Source: Octopus vulgaris (taxonomy: Eukaryota). Taken from it: DNA of 64,000 nt. This document shows, piece by piece, positions 41,030 through 54,280 of the stretch. The DNA lies in contig OX597830.1 of the NCBI GenBank assembly GCA_951406725.2, positions 32,612,001 to 32,676,000 of the forward strand, read 5' to 3'. A program made the translations under genes and the position numbers. The number at the start of each line of letters is the position of its first letter. Position 1 is the first letter of the stretch. The notes beneath the pieces were generated by a model. It had not been told where the DNA came from, did no database searches, and saw nothing but the letters and a program-made list of their open reading frames with translations.

Positions 41030-41299
41030 CACTTTCATGGCTCTGTTTCTAATGAAAAATACGCAGTCTATATTTTTCAATTAATTTTCAAAAATAATCG
41101 AGAGTTTAGAGGGATTAAGTAAAATAACTAATGTTTGCTCGTTTATTAAGTTGCTGTTTGGAACGTAGCAAAATTTATCAAAAGGCTCTAATATAGAAAT
41201 TATGATGAAAGAAATAAATTTCAAATAGGAATTCTTTAAATTGAAAAGTCATGTATCAGAGAATGAGGGATGGTATCAGGCTGGTTGGCATCAAAAGGG
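41030..41299. mobile_element. piggyBac-like MITE
   Basis: TTAA|CACTTT ... AAAGGG|TTAA ends; related fragment starts TTAACCCTT at ~1010. Confidence 0.5.
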
Positions 41300-41643
41300 T
41301 TAAAAACTTGGTAATGAATGTATTATTTGATACCTTTTGCTCCCTTGTCTCATTATATATGCGTGCATTAGCCTGTACATAAATATCTATCTATCTATCT
41401 CTCCTTTTTTTTCTCTCCTTGTTTTTTCTGTGCTCCTTTCTGTAGAAGAACATAGGCTCGAAACGTAAAAGTCTTTTTCTCTTCCTGAGCATTATACTAA
41501 TACATCTGTTTGTTTTGTACACCACCTGTCTTTGTCTTTTGTTTTTTTCATAAACTCTCCCTATATATATATATATGCATATATATATATATATATGTAT
41601 ATACATACACATATAAATATATATATATATATATGTATGTATG

Positions 41644-41721
<78 letters not shown>

Positions 41722-41891
41722 GATAGATGTAAATGTCAAACAATGAGAATAAGTGTTCAAGACTGCATTGGTAGAAAAAAATCTTTATTTGTGTATTAAG
41801 GGTACCATTGGTTCCATGTTATGAAAATATCTCAACATCTTAACAATTTTTTCAATTTGATCACATGGAGGAATGGGTGTTTGTCTCCATT

Positions 41892-41927
<36 letters not shown>

Positions 41928-41944
41928 TATATATACATACATAC

Positions 41945-42019
<75 letters not shown>

Positions 42020-42023
<4 letters not shown>

Positions 42024-42680
42024 GTATGCTGTGCGTGAGAAGACCCGGCAAGACTAGTGAAGCCATAACCCGTGGCCCCTACCTGGGACGTAGTCAGTCC
42101 ACCTGTGCATACCTTCCTTCTTGTGACACTTGTGAAGACCTGTTGAGGCAAGTGAGAATCGAATCGTATCGAATCAAATCGAACCAAATCAAAATAGATG
42201 AACATCAATGGAATTTGTATCCTTGTGGTACCAGTGCCGGTGGCACATAAGAAAACCATCCGAACGTGACCGTAGCCAGTACCGCAATGACTGGCCTCCG
42301 TGCTGAGGGCACGTAACAAACACCATCCGAGCGTGGCCGTCCGCCAGCCTCGTCTGGCACCTGTGTCGGTGACACATAAGAAAACACCATCCGAGCGTGG
42401 CCGTCTGCCAGCCTCGTCTGGCACCTGTGTCGGTGGCACATAAAAAACACCATCCGAGCGTGGCCGTCTGCCAGCCTCGTCTGGCACCTGTGTCGGTGGC
42501 ACATAAAATCACCCACTACACTCTCGGAGTGGTTGGCGTTAGGAAGGGCATCCAGCTGTAGAAACACTGCCACATCTGACTGGCCTGGTGCAGCCTTCGG
42601 GCTTCCCAGACCCCAGTTGAACCGTCCAACCCATGCTAGCATGGAAAGCGGACGTTAAACGATGATGATGATGATGATGA
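42020..42680 (+). mobile_element. RTE LINE 3' end (family D), young CpG-rich copy
   Basis: ORF-end [11 protein letters not shown], long UTR, (GAT)n tail. Confidence 0.7.
42321..42510 (+). repeat. 63-64 bp tandem repeat, 3 copies
   Basis: Units start CACCATCCGAGCGTGGCCGT at 42321, 42385 and 42448. Confidence 0.95.
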
Positions 42681-42701
42681 TATATACATACATACATACA
42701 T

Positions 42702-42746
<45 letters not shown>

Positions 42747-43549
42747 GCAAAGCTAATTCTTCAGCATCACTTGGGCTCATCACAGATTTTGAATTTAGAA
42801 TAAAACATGCCTGCTCGAAGAATTTCACGTTTTTCTGCAATATTTTTAACCACAAATGGCTTATTTTTTTATATCTAGCACTATGTCTTTCTCCATTTCT
42901 AAGTTAAGAGTAAAAATAAAGCAACCCTGCAAAATACAACTGATCTTTGCACACAGACCCACAGAATAACAGCAATCAAATAACGACACCGGAGTGCAAA
43001 ACAAACATCAGCGATCTGAATCTCACCTGTACACTTGACAAGAGATGCCAGTTAGTCCTTTACACCTACCAGGCTCGTTCATAGTAGCCCGTGTTGCTGG
43101 ATAATTTTTTTATCCATTGAAGAATATTGTAGAACGGAATCTTTCCATAGATAGGAATTTAAATCCTAATCTCTATAGAAATTTATTGTTTCAAGAAAAC
43201 ATTGAATTTGAATTTGAATTTGAATTTTTACGATTATATATAACAACACGGGTTGTAAACTTTTGTGCCTGAGTCAGGCGCATGTGAACAATGTCGAGAG
43301 AACGTCAGTTACGAATGATATTTTTTGACACAGGGCATCTCTAAGACAACAGCCAGATGCTGAGCAAAAATAAATAAACCACGATCAGGTTCAGTAAAAG
43401 TTATTGGCAGCAATTACATACTTGAAGTCAGTGTTGGCAGAAATTAAATCAGCTTGGAAATAGACGTTCACTTTACCACATTTATACTTGAGCTAAGCCT
43501 GAACTGCCCATGTGCCAGAGTCACCACTGATATATATATATATATATAT

Positions 43550-43946
43550 ACTCTTTTACTCTTTACTCTTTTACTTGTTTCAGTCATTTGACTGTGGCCA
43601 TGCTGGAGCCCCGCATTTTTTAGTCAAGCAAATTGACCCCAGGTCTTATTCTTTGTAAGCCCAGTACTTATTCTATCGGTCTCTTTGGCCAAACCGCTAA
43701 GTTACGTGGATGTAAACACACCAGTATTGGTTGTCAAGCGATGTTTGAGGGACAAACACAAAACATATACACACATACATATACACGACAGGCTTCTATC
43801 AGTTTCCATCTACCAAATCCACTCACAAGGCTTTGGTCAGCCTGAGGCTATAGTAGAAGACACTTGCCCAAGGTGCCACACAGTGGGACTGAACCTGGGA
43901 CCATGTGGTTGGTAAGCAAGCTACTTACCACACAGCCACTCCTACG

Positions 43947-43981
<35 letters not shown>

Positions 43982-44547
43982 TTATCATCATCATCATCAT
44001 CATCGTTTAACGTCCGCTTTCCATGCTAGCATAGGTCAGATGATTTGACTGAGGTCTGGCGAACAAGATGGCTGTACCAGACTCCAATCTGATCTGGCAG
44101 AGTTTCTACAGCTGGATACTCTTCCTAATGCCAATATACTCTTTTACTCTTTTACTCTTTTACTTGTTTCAGTCATTTGACTGTGGCCATGCTGGAGCAC
44201 CGCCTTAAATCGAGCAACTCGACCCTAGGACTTATTCTTTTGTAAGCCCAGTACTTATTCTATCGGTCTCTTTTGCCGAACCGCTAAGAAACGGGGACAT
44301 AAACACACCAGCATCGGTTGTCAAGCAATGCTAGGGAGACAATCACAGACACACAAACACACACACGCATATATATATATACATATATACGACGAGCTTC
44401 TTTCAGTTTCCGTCTGCCAAATCCACTCACAAGGCTTTGGTCAGCCTGAGGCTATAGCAGAAGACACTTGCCCAAGGTGCCACGCAGTGGGACTGAACCC
44501 GGAACCACGTGGTTGGTAAACAAGCTACTTACCACACAGCCACTCCT
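43550..44547 (-). mobile_element. Two SINE-A copies (43550-43948, 44140-44547) with a family D fragment between
   Basis: Homology to other copies. Confidence 0.85.
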
Positions 44548-44550
44548 AAT

Positions 44551-45230
44551 CTTGGCACAGGGCTAGTAATTTCAGGGTGGGGGTAAGTCGATTTTATTGA
44601 CCTCCCCCCACCCCCAGTGATAAACTGGCACTGATTTTATCGACCCTGAAAGGACGGAAAGCAGGGTTAGTCTTGACGGAATTTGAAGTCTGAATGTAAT
44701 GACAGATGAAATGCCATTAAGCATTTTGCCTGGCATGCTAACGATTCTACCAGTTCCCTACCTTGGTATACGCAAATATTGGTAGAAGGCCCGTAATTTT
44801 GTGGGGAGGGGGTAAGTCGATTTCATTGACCACAGTAATCAACTGGTACTTAATTTATCAAGCCTGAAATGATGACAAGCAAAGTTGCCCTGGGTGGAAT
44901 TTGAACTCAGAACATAAAGATGGACAAAATGCTGCCAAACAATTTGCCTCACATGCGAACAATTCTACCAGCTCACTGCCTTAGTATATACAAATATTCT
45001 TTTCTTCTCTAGGCACAAGGCCTGAAATTTTGGGGGAGGGGAGGCCAGTCGAATAGATCGACTCCAGTACACAACTGGTACTTAATTTCTTGACTCTGAA
45101 ATGATGACAGGCAAAGTTGACCCTGGTGGAATTTGAACTCAGAATGTAAAGACGGAAGAAATACCATTACGCATTTCGCCCAGCATGCAAACAATTCTAC
45201 CAACTCGCTGCTTTAGTATATACAAATATT
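44551..45230 (-). mobile_element. Tandem array of three SINE-B copies
   Basis: ~230 bp units, each followed by TT(A/G)GTATA(T/C)(A/G)CAAATATT. Confidence 0.85.
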
Positions 45231-45375
45231 GATCATATATATATAATAAATTTACATTAGTACACACTCACATGAGCACACCCACATATATATAGAAACA
45301 TATCACAGAAAGACACATATATAAATATACACATAGCAACAGAAAAAAAATCTAAAAGCAATAAATCTGTGTGTA

Positions 45376-45452
<77 letters not shown>

Positions 45453-46037
45453 AGTGAATCATCATTGATAAAGTCAGTCATTTACACTTGATTGTGCCAT
45501 TTTTTTGTCAGTGCAATAATTCGGAATATACTTTAGATATATATACTGACTTTTGTAATTTAGGAAGTAAAATGGCAGCTGATGTGAGTGTGTGTGTGTG
45601 TGTATGTGTGTGTGAGGGTTGGGAGATGGGAGGGCTGAGGTGAGGTGGGAGGAGACGGGGAAGAGTAAGTATGCAAAAAAAAAAAATGAAAGAAAGAAAA
45701 AAGAAAGAGAAAAAAGACAAAGAAAGAAAGAAAATGAAGGCTTACAAATTGACATTACTGGAAAGTTCCAGTCTTAGAGTTTTCGAAACATAATAAATTC
45801 CAATAGAAAGAAATGGTTTATGTTTAGCAATGGTACGAATGTGAAGAGGAAAGAAACGTGTGTGTGTATGTGTGTGTGTGTGTGTATTTTCGATGATGGT
45901 AATGGTGGTGGTGGTGACGGGGTTTCAGAGAAGGTGGATGGCGGTGAGGAGAAGTGGGTGGGGTTGTAAATTATAGTGATTTTTGTGTTCCTATAAGAAA
46001 TGCTGGATATTGTTGCAATTGCTTATGTTGTTGTTGT

Positions 46038-46069
<32 letters not shown>

Positions 46070-46403
46070 CAGTAGTGAAAGTAGTGGTGCTACTATGTTC
46101 ATGTGCTGGTAATTGGTAGCTGTTGTAATAGTGGTAATACGAAATTAGTTTTGTGGTGATAGCGGCGGTGGTAGTTATGGTGGTGGTGGTGGTATCGGCA
46201 GCGCCGGCGGTGATGGTGGTGGTGGTGGCAGTGATGGCAGTTGTGGTGGTTGTGGTGGTGATGGAAATAACAGTGATGAATATAAAGATAATCCAAGAAA
46301 AAATGCTTCCAAAATATTCATTGAGCAATATGTATGTGCTGCCATTTGTGTGTATGAATATATATATATATATACACATATATATGTGTGTATGTATATA
46401 TAT

Positions 46404-46466
<63 letters not shown>

Positions 46467-46650
46467 TATATATATAATTACTGGTATCCTTATATATTTC
46501 TATATTTTATATCTTATATGTTAAGCATAATATGTTATATGTATGTATATTATTGTAATTATCACATTAGCAAACAAATAAATAAGTTAACATAATATAA
46601 TATCTAAAAGTTGATGAACCACCTATTGATCCCCTCCATTTTCTTATTGC

Positions 46651-46701
<51 letters not shown>

Positions 46702-47000
46702 GCAGGAGTTGCTGTGTGGCAATAGCTTGCTTACCAACCACATCGTTGCGGGTTCGGTCCCACTGCATAGCACCTTTGGCAAGTATCTTCTACTATAGCC
46801 TTGGGTTGACCAAAGCCTTGTGAGTGGATTTGGTAGATGGAAACTGAAAGAAGCCTGTCATATTTATATATATGTTATGTACCGATAACTTTGCAGTTCG
46901 GCAAAAGAGACCGATAGAATAAGTACTAGGTTTACAAAGAATAAGTCCTGGGGTCGATTTGCTGGAATAAAGGCAGTGTTCCAGCATGGCCTCAGTCAAA
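46702..47000 (+). mobile_element. SINE-A with internal deletion
   Basis: Homology to SINE-A. Confidence 0.8.
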
Positions 47001-47189
47001 TTGGTGCCTTGTTGTGCCACTATTTCCTATTTATAATTTTTCCTTTACAATGCTTTATTTAACTGGAAAATAATACTATTGTATGGCAATAATATTTATA
47101 ATTTATTTATATATATATATGTATATACACATACGCACAGACACACGTGTATATATATATGCACACATATATTTTATTTGTAGGTTAAT

Positions 47190-47363
47190 CAGGCTACCAA
47201 TGGTTTCATGTTAAGGAGGTATATCTCTTAACAATTTTTAAGCTAATTACATGAGATGTTGGTATTTTCATACAAGAGGGCTACAAACACCAATATCCAA
47301 AGAAATGGGCTTGAAAATTGTGAAGAAATATACCTATCTTAATATGAAACCATTGGTAGCCTG
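47190..47363. mobile_element. MITE-like foldback with ~55 bp imperfect TIRs
   Basis: CAGGCTACCAATGGTTTCAT ... ATGAAACCATTGGTAGCCTG. Confidence 0.7.
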
Positions 47364-47481
47364 GTAGATACAGAATATTTATTCATCAATGCAGTGTTGA
47401 TCACTCATTCCCATTCGTTGCTAATGTATATGTGTATATGTGAGTGTATGTATTTATGTATGTATATATATATCTATACAT

Positions 47482-47515
<34 letters not shown>

Positions 47516-47615
47516 TGATAGATAGATAGATAGCTGAATGGATAGATATACAGATAGATGTTAGATAAATAGATGGATAGATTAATAGACTGACTGATAT
47601 ATAGAAATTTATATA

Positions 47616-48331
47616 CGAAGGGAAGTCAGAAATTATAGGTACTTTTGCCATAATACAACTCTGTTATTGTGACACTGCCTTCTGTGCATGTGTGCTTATA
47701 GTTGGTACTATTGTAGTCACGGGATCAAAGTTTGAGCCTGATTGAACCATTTTTCATTCTGGCTTTGCAGTGTAAGCATGACCACCTCACTAGCAATGTG
47801 CATCAAAAGAGAACGAAGAGCAGTGATCTGGTTTCTCTGGAAAAGGGGGTGTATGATCAACAGTGCAAGATACAGTGCTTTGCTGGCCAACAAACTGAAG
47901 GCAGCAATTCACACCAAATGCCAAAGCCTGTTGTTGAAGAAAGTTTTGTTGTTGCATGACAATGCACGCCCACACACGGCTGCTCTGGCTGTTGAAACCA
48001 TTAACCAATTGGGTTTTGAAGGTGCTGGAACACCCTGCCTACAGCCCAGATCTTGCCTCTTCCAACTATTATATCTTTGAAGTGCTCAAAGAGGGTTTAC
48101 GAGATCGTCGATTTCCTGTGGATGAAGATGTGAAGGAAGTGGGACATAACTGGTTGCACGACCAACTGGGAACCTTCCTCTTGGAGAGAATACACAGGCT
48201 TGTGAACTGATGGACCAAGTGCATCAGAAAGAAAGGAGGCTATATAGAAAAATGCCGTAGTTGTTTATCCCCTGCTTTTTTGTAAATACATTGGTAAAAC
48301 AAGAATGTGTATAATTTTTGACTCTCCCTTG
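47616..48331 (+). pseudogene. Mariner element with internal deletion
   Basis: TA flanks, TIRs containing GAGTCA.AAATTATA-like sequence; RAVIWFLW, LLLHDNARPH, HPAYSPDLASSNY, WTKCI..GGYIEK. Confidence 0.9.
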
Positions 48332-48437
48332 TATATTAAAAAGGTAATACATACAAGAGGGGCAGTTGTGTAAGTATATATATATGTGTGTGTATATATA
48401 TATATATACACAAATATATATACAAATATATATATAA

Positions 48438-48471
<34 letters not shown>

Positions 48472-48496
48472 CATACATACATACATACATACATAC

Positions 48497-48563
<67 letters not shown>

Positions 48564-49242
48564 CTAGCAATAATACCTGTCGTTGATTGGATAATTACTT
48601 TTACTGTTTCTTGGGCCAAGAAGCTAGAAAAATGGGTATATCATATAAAAGAATAGCTTTACAGAATCCAGGTGACTATGCAATGGCACTGAAGAAGCCA
48701 CAACTGAAGTGGAAGAACCATGGTTTCTTTTGACATTTGAATAAGCCATATACCCAAGGAGAATTGAAAGGTTCAGTTTTGAATCTGAACAAGGCTGAGA
48801 CTATGACTACAGATTTAGCTTCACTAGTCCTAAACATAATAAATGAAGTAAAAAAAAGATGGATTTCATATACGAACTTCTGTTTCTTCTTGAAGTTGCA
48901 TTCCAGCAACTTTTAGTGTTTGGCTCTGAGTTTTATTAATGCCCATGGCAAAAGAAAGTGGGATAGGAAACTAAGTTACAACAGGACATTAGATGGTATA
49001 ACTGGTATGTGAGGAACAAAGGCAGGATCACCTTTATCAAGACCAGTGAGAATATTTGCCTCAATGTAGTTCTTCATAGGTTTGTGCTCAACTAGTGTTG
49101 TACCATTGCATAAATTTTGTGGAGACAAATTATGCAATAGCATAATACAAGATATAGAAAAGCATAACAGCTTCCCTTGAACCATTTACTTTCATATTGG
49201 TGAACAAACACACAGACAGAATCTCTCTTTTACATATATCGA
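48564..49242 (-). mobile_element. Deleted Helitron with Pif1-helicase remnant
   Basis: Minus-strand TC start and CTAG end; IMLLHNLSPQNLCNGT..IEANILTG..PHIPVIPS and SFAMGINKTQSQTLKVAG. Confidence 0.85.
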
Positions 49243-49249
49243 TAAATAA

Positions 49250-49321
<72 letters not shown>

Positions 49322-49447
49322 TGATAATAACAATAATAATAATAGATAAACATATATACATAATATCTTCGCTTGAACCATTTTCTTTCATTCTGGTGGA
49401 TCAAAAAACAAAAACACAAACGGACAGAATCTCTGATATATATATAT

Positions 49448-49830
49448 TCTCTTTTACTCTTTTATTTGTTTCAGTCATTTGACTGTGGCCATGCTGGAGC
49501 ATCGCCTTTAGTCGAGCAACTCGACCCCGGGACTTATTCTTTGTAAGCCCAGTACTTATTCTATCGGTCTCTTTTGCCGAACCGCTAAGTGACGGGGACA
49601 TAAACGCACCAGCATCGGTTGTCAAGCAATGCTAGACACACAAACACACACACACACATATATATATATACATATATACGACGGGCTTCTTTCAGTTTCC
49701 GTCTACCAAATCCACTCACAAGGCTTTGGTCGGCCCGAGGCTATAGTAGAAGACACTTGCCCAAGGTGCTGCGCAGTGGGACTGAACCCGGAACCATGTG
49801 GTTGGTAAGCAAGCTACTTACCACACAGCC
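49448..49830 (-). mobile_element. SINE-A, young full-length copy
   Basis: CpG-intact match to SINE-A. Confidence 0.9.
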
Positions 49831-49837
49831 ACATATA

Positions 49838-49896
<59 letters not shown>

Positions 49897-50684
49897 ATAT
49901 ACATATGTGTGTGTGTGCATGTATATATTTACACACACACACACATATATATGCTATGTGTGGTTATATGTATATATACATATATGCATATATATATTAT
50001 ATATCTATACATATATGCTTATATGTGATATATATATACATACATACATATATATATATATATATCATATACATATATATATATATAATATATATAAAGA
50101 TATATATATACACATAGATACATATATATATATAAATATATACACATACATATATACATACATGGTACGCTCACACACATATGTATATATCTATGTATAT
50201 GTATATGCCTTGTATATTTATTCGAATCCTATTTCAAAGGTGAACTGGTCAGCTGTAAAACATTAGCCAACAGACAAAATGTAGTCAGACTAACAATATA
50301 TTAGTAGCTGTAGCCATGTTTCCAACCTTCCTTCCTTCTTTCTTTACATGGACCATTTTACCATGTACACACACACACACACACACTCACACACACACAC
50401 ACACACACACACAGAGACTTACATGTGCATATATATGACCAAACATAGCATGCACTTATCAGTATAGATATATATATTTATGACTTCTCATTAAACTGAA
50501 CAAATAAATAATTAAATAAATGTATAAATGGTCCTGTGCACCCCTAAGAAACATAGATTCTATGGTACCTGTAGTCTTAGTCTCCTTCTTTATGTATTCT
50601 ATATTGCAGTTCCAATGCCTTGCTGTAAATCTACAAAAAATTGAGTGGATTTGGTAAACAGCAACTGAAAGAAGCTCACCATAT

Positions 50685-50773
50685 ATATCTCTATCTATCT
50701 GTCTGTCTGTCTATCCGTTTGTCTGTCTGTTTGTCTGATAGTCCGTCTGTCTGTCTGTCTGTCTGTCTATCTG

Positions 50774-50840
<67 letters not shown>

Positions 50841-51043
50841 CTCTATCTCTCTATCTACCTATCTCTCTATCTCTCTCTTAGTCTATCTCTCTCTCTCTCT
50901 CTATCTATCTATCTCTCTCTCTCTCTATCTCTTTCTATCTATCTATCTATCTATCTATCTCTATCTATCTATCTATCTATATATCTCTCCTTCTATCTCT
51001 CTATCTCTCTCTCTCTCTCTATCTCTATCTCTCTATCTCTCTA

Positions 51044-51080
<37 letters not shown>

Positions 51081-51085
51081 ATATA
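50685..51085. repeat. (TCTG/TCTA/TC)n microsatellite
   Basis: Direct. Confidence 0.95.
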
Positions 51086-51557
51086 TAAAACTAGGCTCTT
51101 TACACATTCCAGACTTAATCCAAATTTTGCTTGAATCAACTTGGATTATCCTTTTACTAGGATTAATAAAATAAACGCCAGTCAAATTCTCAAGTCGATA
51201 ACATTGCCCAGGGATTCTCAACAGAGGCTCATACAACCCATTGGGGTCCACGACTGATTTTGTTGTTAGAATTTATCTTTTATCTTTGACTTGCTTCAAT
51301 CATTAGACCGCAGCCAGGCTGGGGCACTGCCTTGAAGAACTTCTAGTCAAATGAATCGATCCCACTACTAATTTATTTTTGTTTTTGGTAAGCCTGGTAC
51401 TTGTTCTGTTGGTTCTTTCACCAAATTGCTAAGCTATGGGGATGTAAACACACCAACATCAGTTGTCAAGTGGTACAAACACAGACACACATATACAGGG
51501 TACAATGGGTAAATTGTTGCTATTTTATATTTTTAATTATCCATATGTGCATTGTTT

Positions 51558-51711
51558 ACATTATTTACATTATTTACATTCGGCGGGTATTTGCCCTCAT
51601 CTTGCTTGTTGTTAAAACAACATTTCAGCTGATATACCCTCCAGCCTTCATCAGGTGTCTTGGGGAAATTTCGAACCTAGGTTCTCATTCCTAAGGTATT
51701 TTTCGATGTTA

Positions 51712-51771
<60 letters not shown>

Positions 51772-52392
51772 TATGTTTGACTTTTGCTTTATATTTGTAT
51801 AAGTTGGCTCCAAGCTCACCCAGAGACCTCAAGAGACAACAGGTTGGAAGTTCGTGTTGTTGTTATGCCTAATGTGCCATATATTTGGTTTTGTATTTAG
51901 TGTTGTACTAGTGAATGTCTAAAAAAAAAAACGAAAATTATATTTGTTTTAAAACTTGAGATTACATAGAAAGTATTTTGCGTAGGATATGAGCAATTCC
52001 CATAAGCACTATCTTTTGAATTTCTGCCATTTTGGGGTTTCCTGATATCTGAGTTAGGTAGCGATCAGTCCCTTTTGCTATCATTCCCAGGGCACCTATG
52101 GCAACAGGTATTGTTTTAGTCTTCAGGTTCCACATTTTGCAAGTTTCTATTTCAAGATCTTTATATTTGCTCAGTTTTTGGTAGGTCTTGACAGATACGT
52201 TTATATCGATTGGGACAGTCATATCAATGAGAAGACATTTTCTTTGTTTGAAGTCTTTCATTATGATGTCTGGCCTATTTGCATCTATCTTCTTGTCAGT
52301 TTGAATGGGGAAGTTCCAGAGGAGTGAGATGTGGTCATTTTCAAGCACTGGATGTGGTTTGTGTTCCCACCAGTTTATTATTATTATTATTA

Positions 52393-52482
<90 letters not shown>

Positions 52483-52643
52483 TCACTGCCTGGAATCGAA
52501 CTTGGATTCGTGGGGTTAGTAGTCTGTGCTCTAAACCACTGATCCATATGCCCATGCAGTGACCTGAACAATAACAATAACAACAACAACAATAATAATA
52601 ATAATAATAACAACAACATCGAAAAGTACCTTAATAAAGTACC

Positions 52644-52702
<59 letters not shown>

Positions 52703-52907
52703 TGATGATGATCAACAATAAAAATAACATTGAAAAATACCTTAGGAATGAGAACCCAGGTTTGAAATTTCCCCAAGACACCTGAAGAAGGCTGGCAGGT
52801 ATGTCAGCCAAAACGTGTTAACAACAAACAAGATGAGGACAAATATCCGTTAAATGTAAATAATGTAAATAATGTCCCTAATTCCTCATCTCTTAAATAT
52901 AGAACTG
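51558..52907. mobile_element. Family H inverted pair
   Basis: (-) tail 51558-51710, (-) head 52479-52553, (+) head end 52556-52567, (+) tail 52727-52907; perfect TSD TATGTGCATTGTTT at 51544-51557 and 52908-52921. Confidence 0.85.
51771..52374 (-). pseudogene. 5'-truncated R4/Dong-clade LINE: restriction-like endonuclease domain and 3' UTR
   Basis: ORF 51962-52348 LWNFPIQTD..ANRPDI..CLLIDMTVP..QKLSKYKDL..IPVAIGALG is an RLE PD-(D/E)xK domain; (TTA)n on both sides. Confidence 0.85.
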
Positions 52908-53777
52908 TATGTGCATTGTTTGTTTTTGATTTTGTTGGCTACACAGTATAGTAGGGTCAGTTGGGCACCATCTGTGAGTAAAAGAGCTCCACGATACAAT
53001 TCACTCTGCTAAATATTTGGAAACTATGCTGTACTACTTGGCATTTGCACCAGAAGCTTCAATATAAACATGTACCAATATGAACATGTACCAATACGAA
53101 CATGTACCAATTTGAACAGGTACCCAGTCTACATCATGGTGTTTGGAGTGATCACCATTGATGGTGAGGTGATGCCTCCATTCATCTTTCCACATGGCCT
53201 CAGACTCAACACAAAGTCCTACATTAAGTGCCTGGTGGAAGTAGGGTTGCTCTGGGTCAAGAGAATGTCTGCTGGAAGACCCTATGCCTGGCAACAGGAC
53301 TCTGCACGATGCCACACAAGCAAGAGAACCCAGTCACGGCTGTCAGACAATTTCTGCGACCATATCACCCCTAACATCTAGCAACCTAACTCTCTACACT
53401 GCAACCCCCTTGATTATTATGTATGGGGCACAGTTGAGTGAGAGACCAACAAAAGTCCTTGTAACAACAATGATGAACTGAAGGCAAAGATTATGGCAGC
53501 ATTCACCAACTTAAACAAGGAGACCACCAGAAGAATTGCAAGAGTTTCTGAAGTCGTCTGGAGGCCATGGTTGAAGCCAATGGCGATTTTATTAAATAAA
53601 TTTACTCTTTAGTATTTCAAGATATTTTTATGTAATTTTGGTAAATATATCTGTTAAAATGAGATGTCAGTGTCATTTTCATTGTTTGCATAATTTAGAC
53701 AACTAGTTTATTCATTGCACCCTGTGTGTATATGTATATATATATATATGGAGAGAGAGGGAGAGGGGGAGAGAGAG

Positions 53778-53842
<65 letters not shown>

Positions 53843-54074
53843 TATAATGGGCCTTTTTCAGTTTCTTTCTACTAAATCCACTTGCATGGTTTTGGTTGGA
53901 CCTAGGCTATATTGGAAGACATTTATACAAGGTTTTATGCAGTGGGACTGAACCCAGAACCATGTGATTGGGAAGCAAGCTGCTTACCACACAGGCATGT
54001 GAAAAAATTGATCATACAAGGCATGTAAAAATTTTAACAATTTTTTATATAATTCCTAATATTTGATTTTATTT

Positions 54075-54280
54075 TTGGCACAAGCCCAGCAATTTCAGGA
54101 GAGGAGCAAGACTGTTACATCAGCCCCAGTGCTCAACTGGTACTTATTTCATCGACCCTATAAAGGGATGAAAACCAAAGCCAACCCCCTGCAGGATTTG
54201 AATTCAGAATGTAAAGACTCATAAAACACGGCTAAGCACTTTGGCCAGCTGGCCAACAACTATGCCAGTTCTCTGCCTTT
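54075..54280 (-). mobile_element. SINE-B
   Basis: Homology to SINE-B. Confidence 0.7.

Larger units (their letters stand above)
51496..53724 (+). pseudogene. Tc1/mariner (maT-like) element, interrupted
   Basis: TIRs CAGGGT(A/G)CAATG; IMVFGVITIDGEVMPPFIFPHGLRLN..RPYAWQQDSARCHTS..CNPLDYYVWG at 53120-53600; homologous to 15260-15838. Confidence 0.85.
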
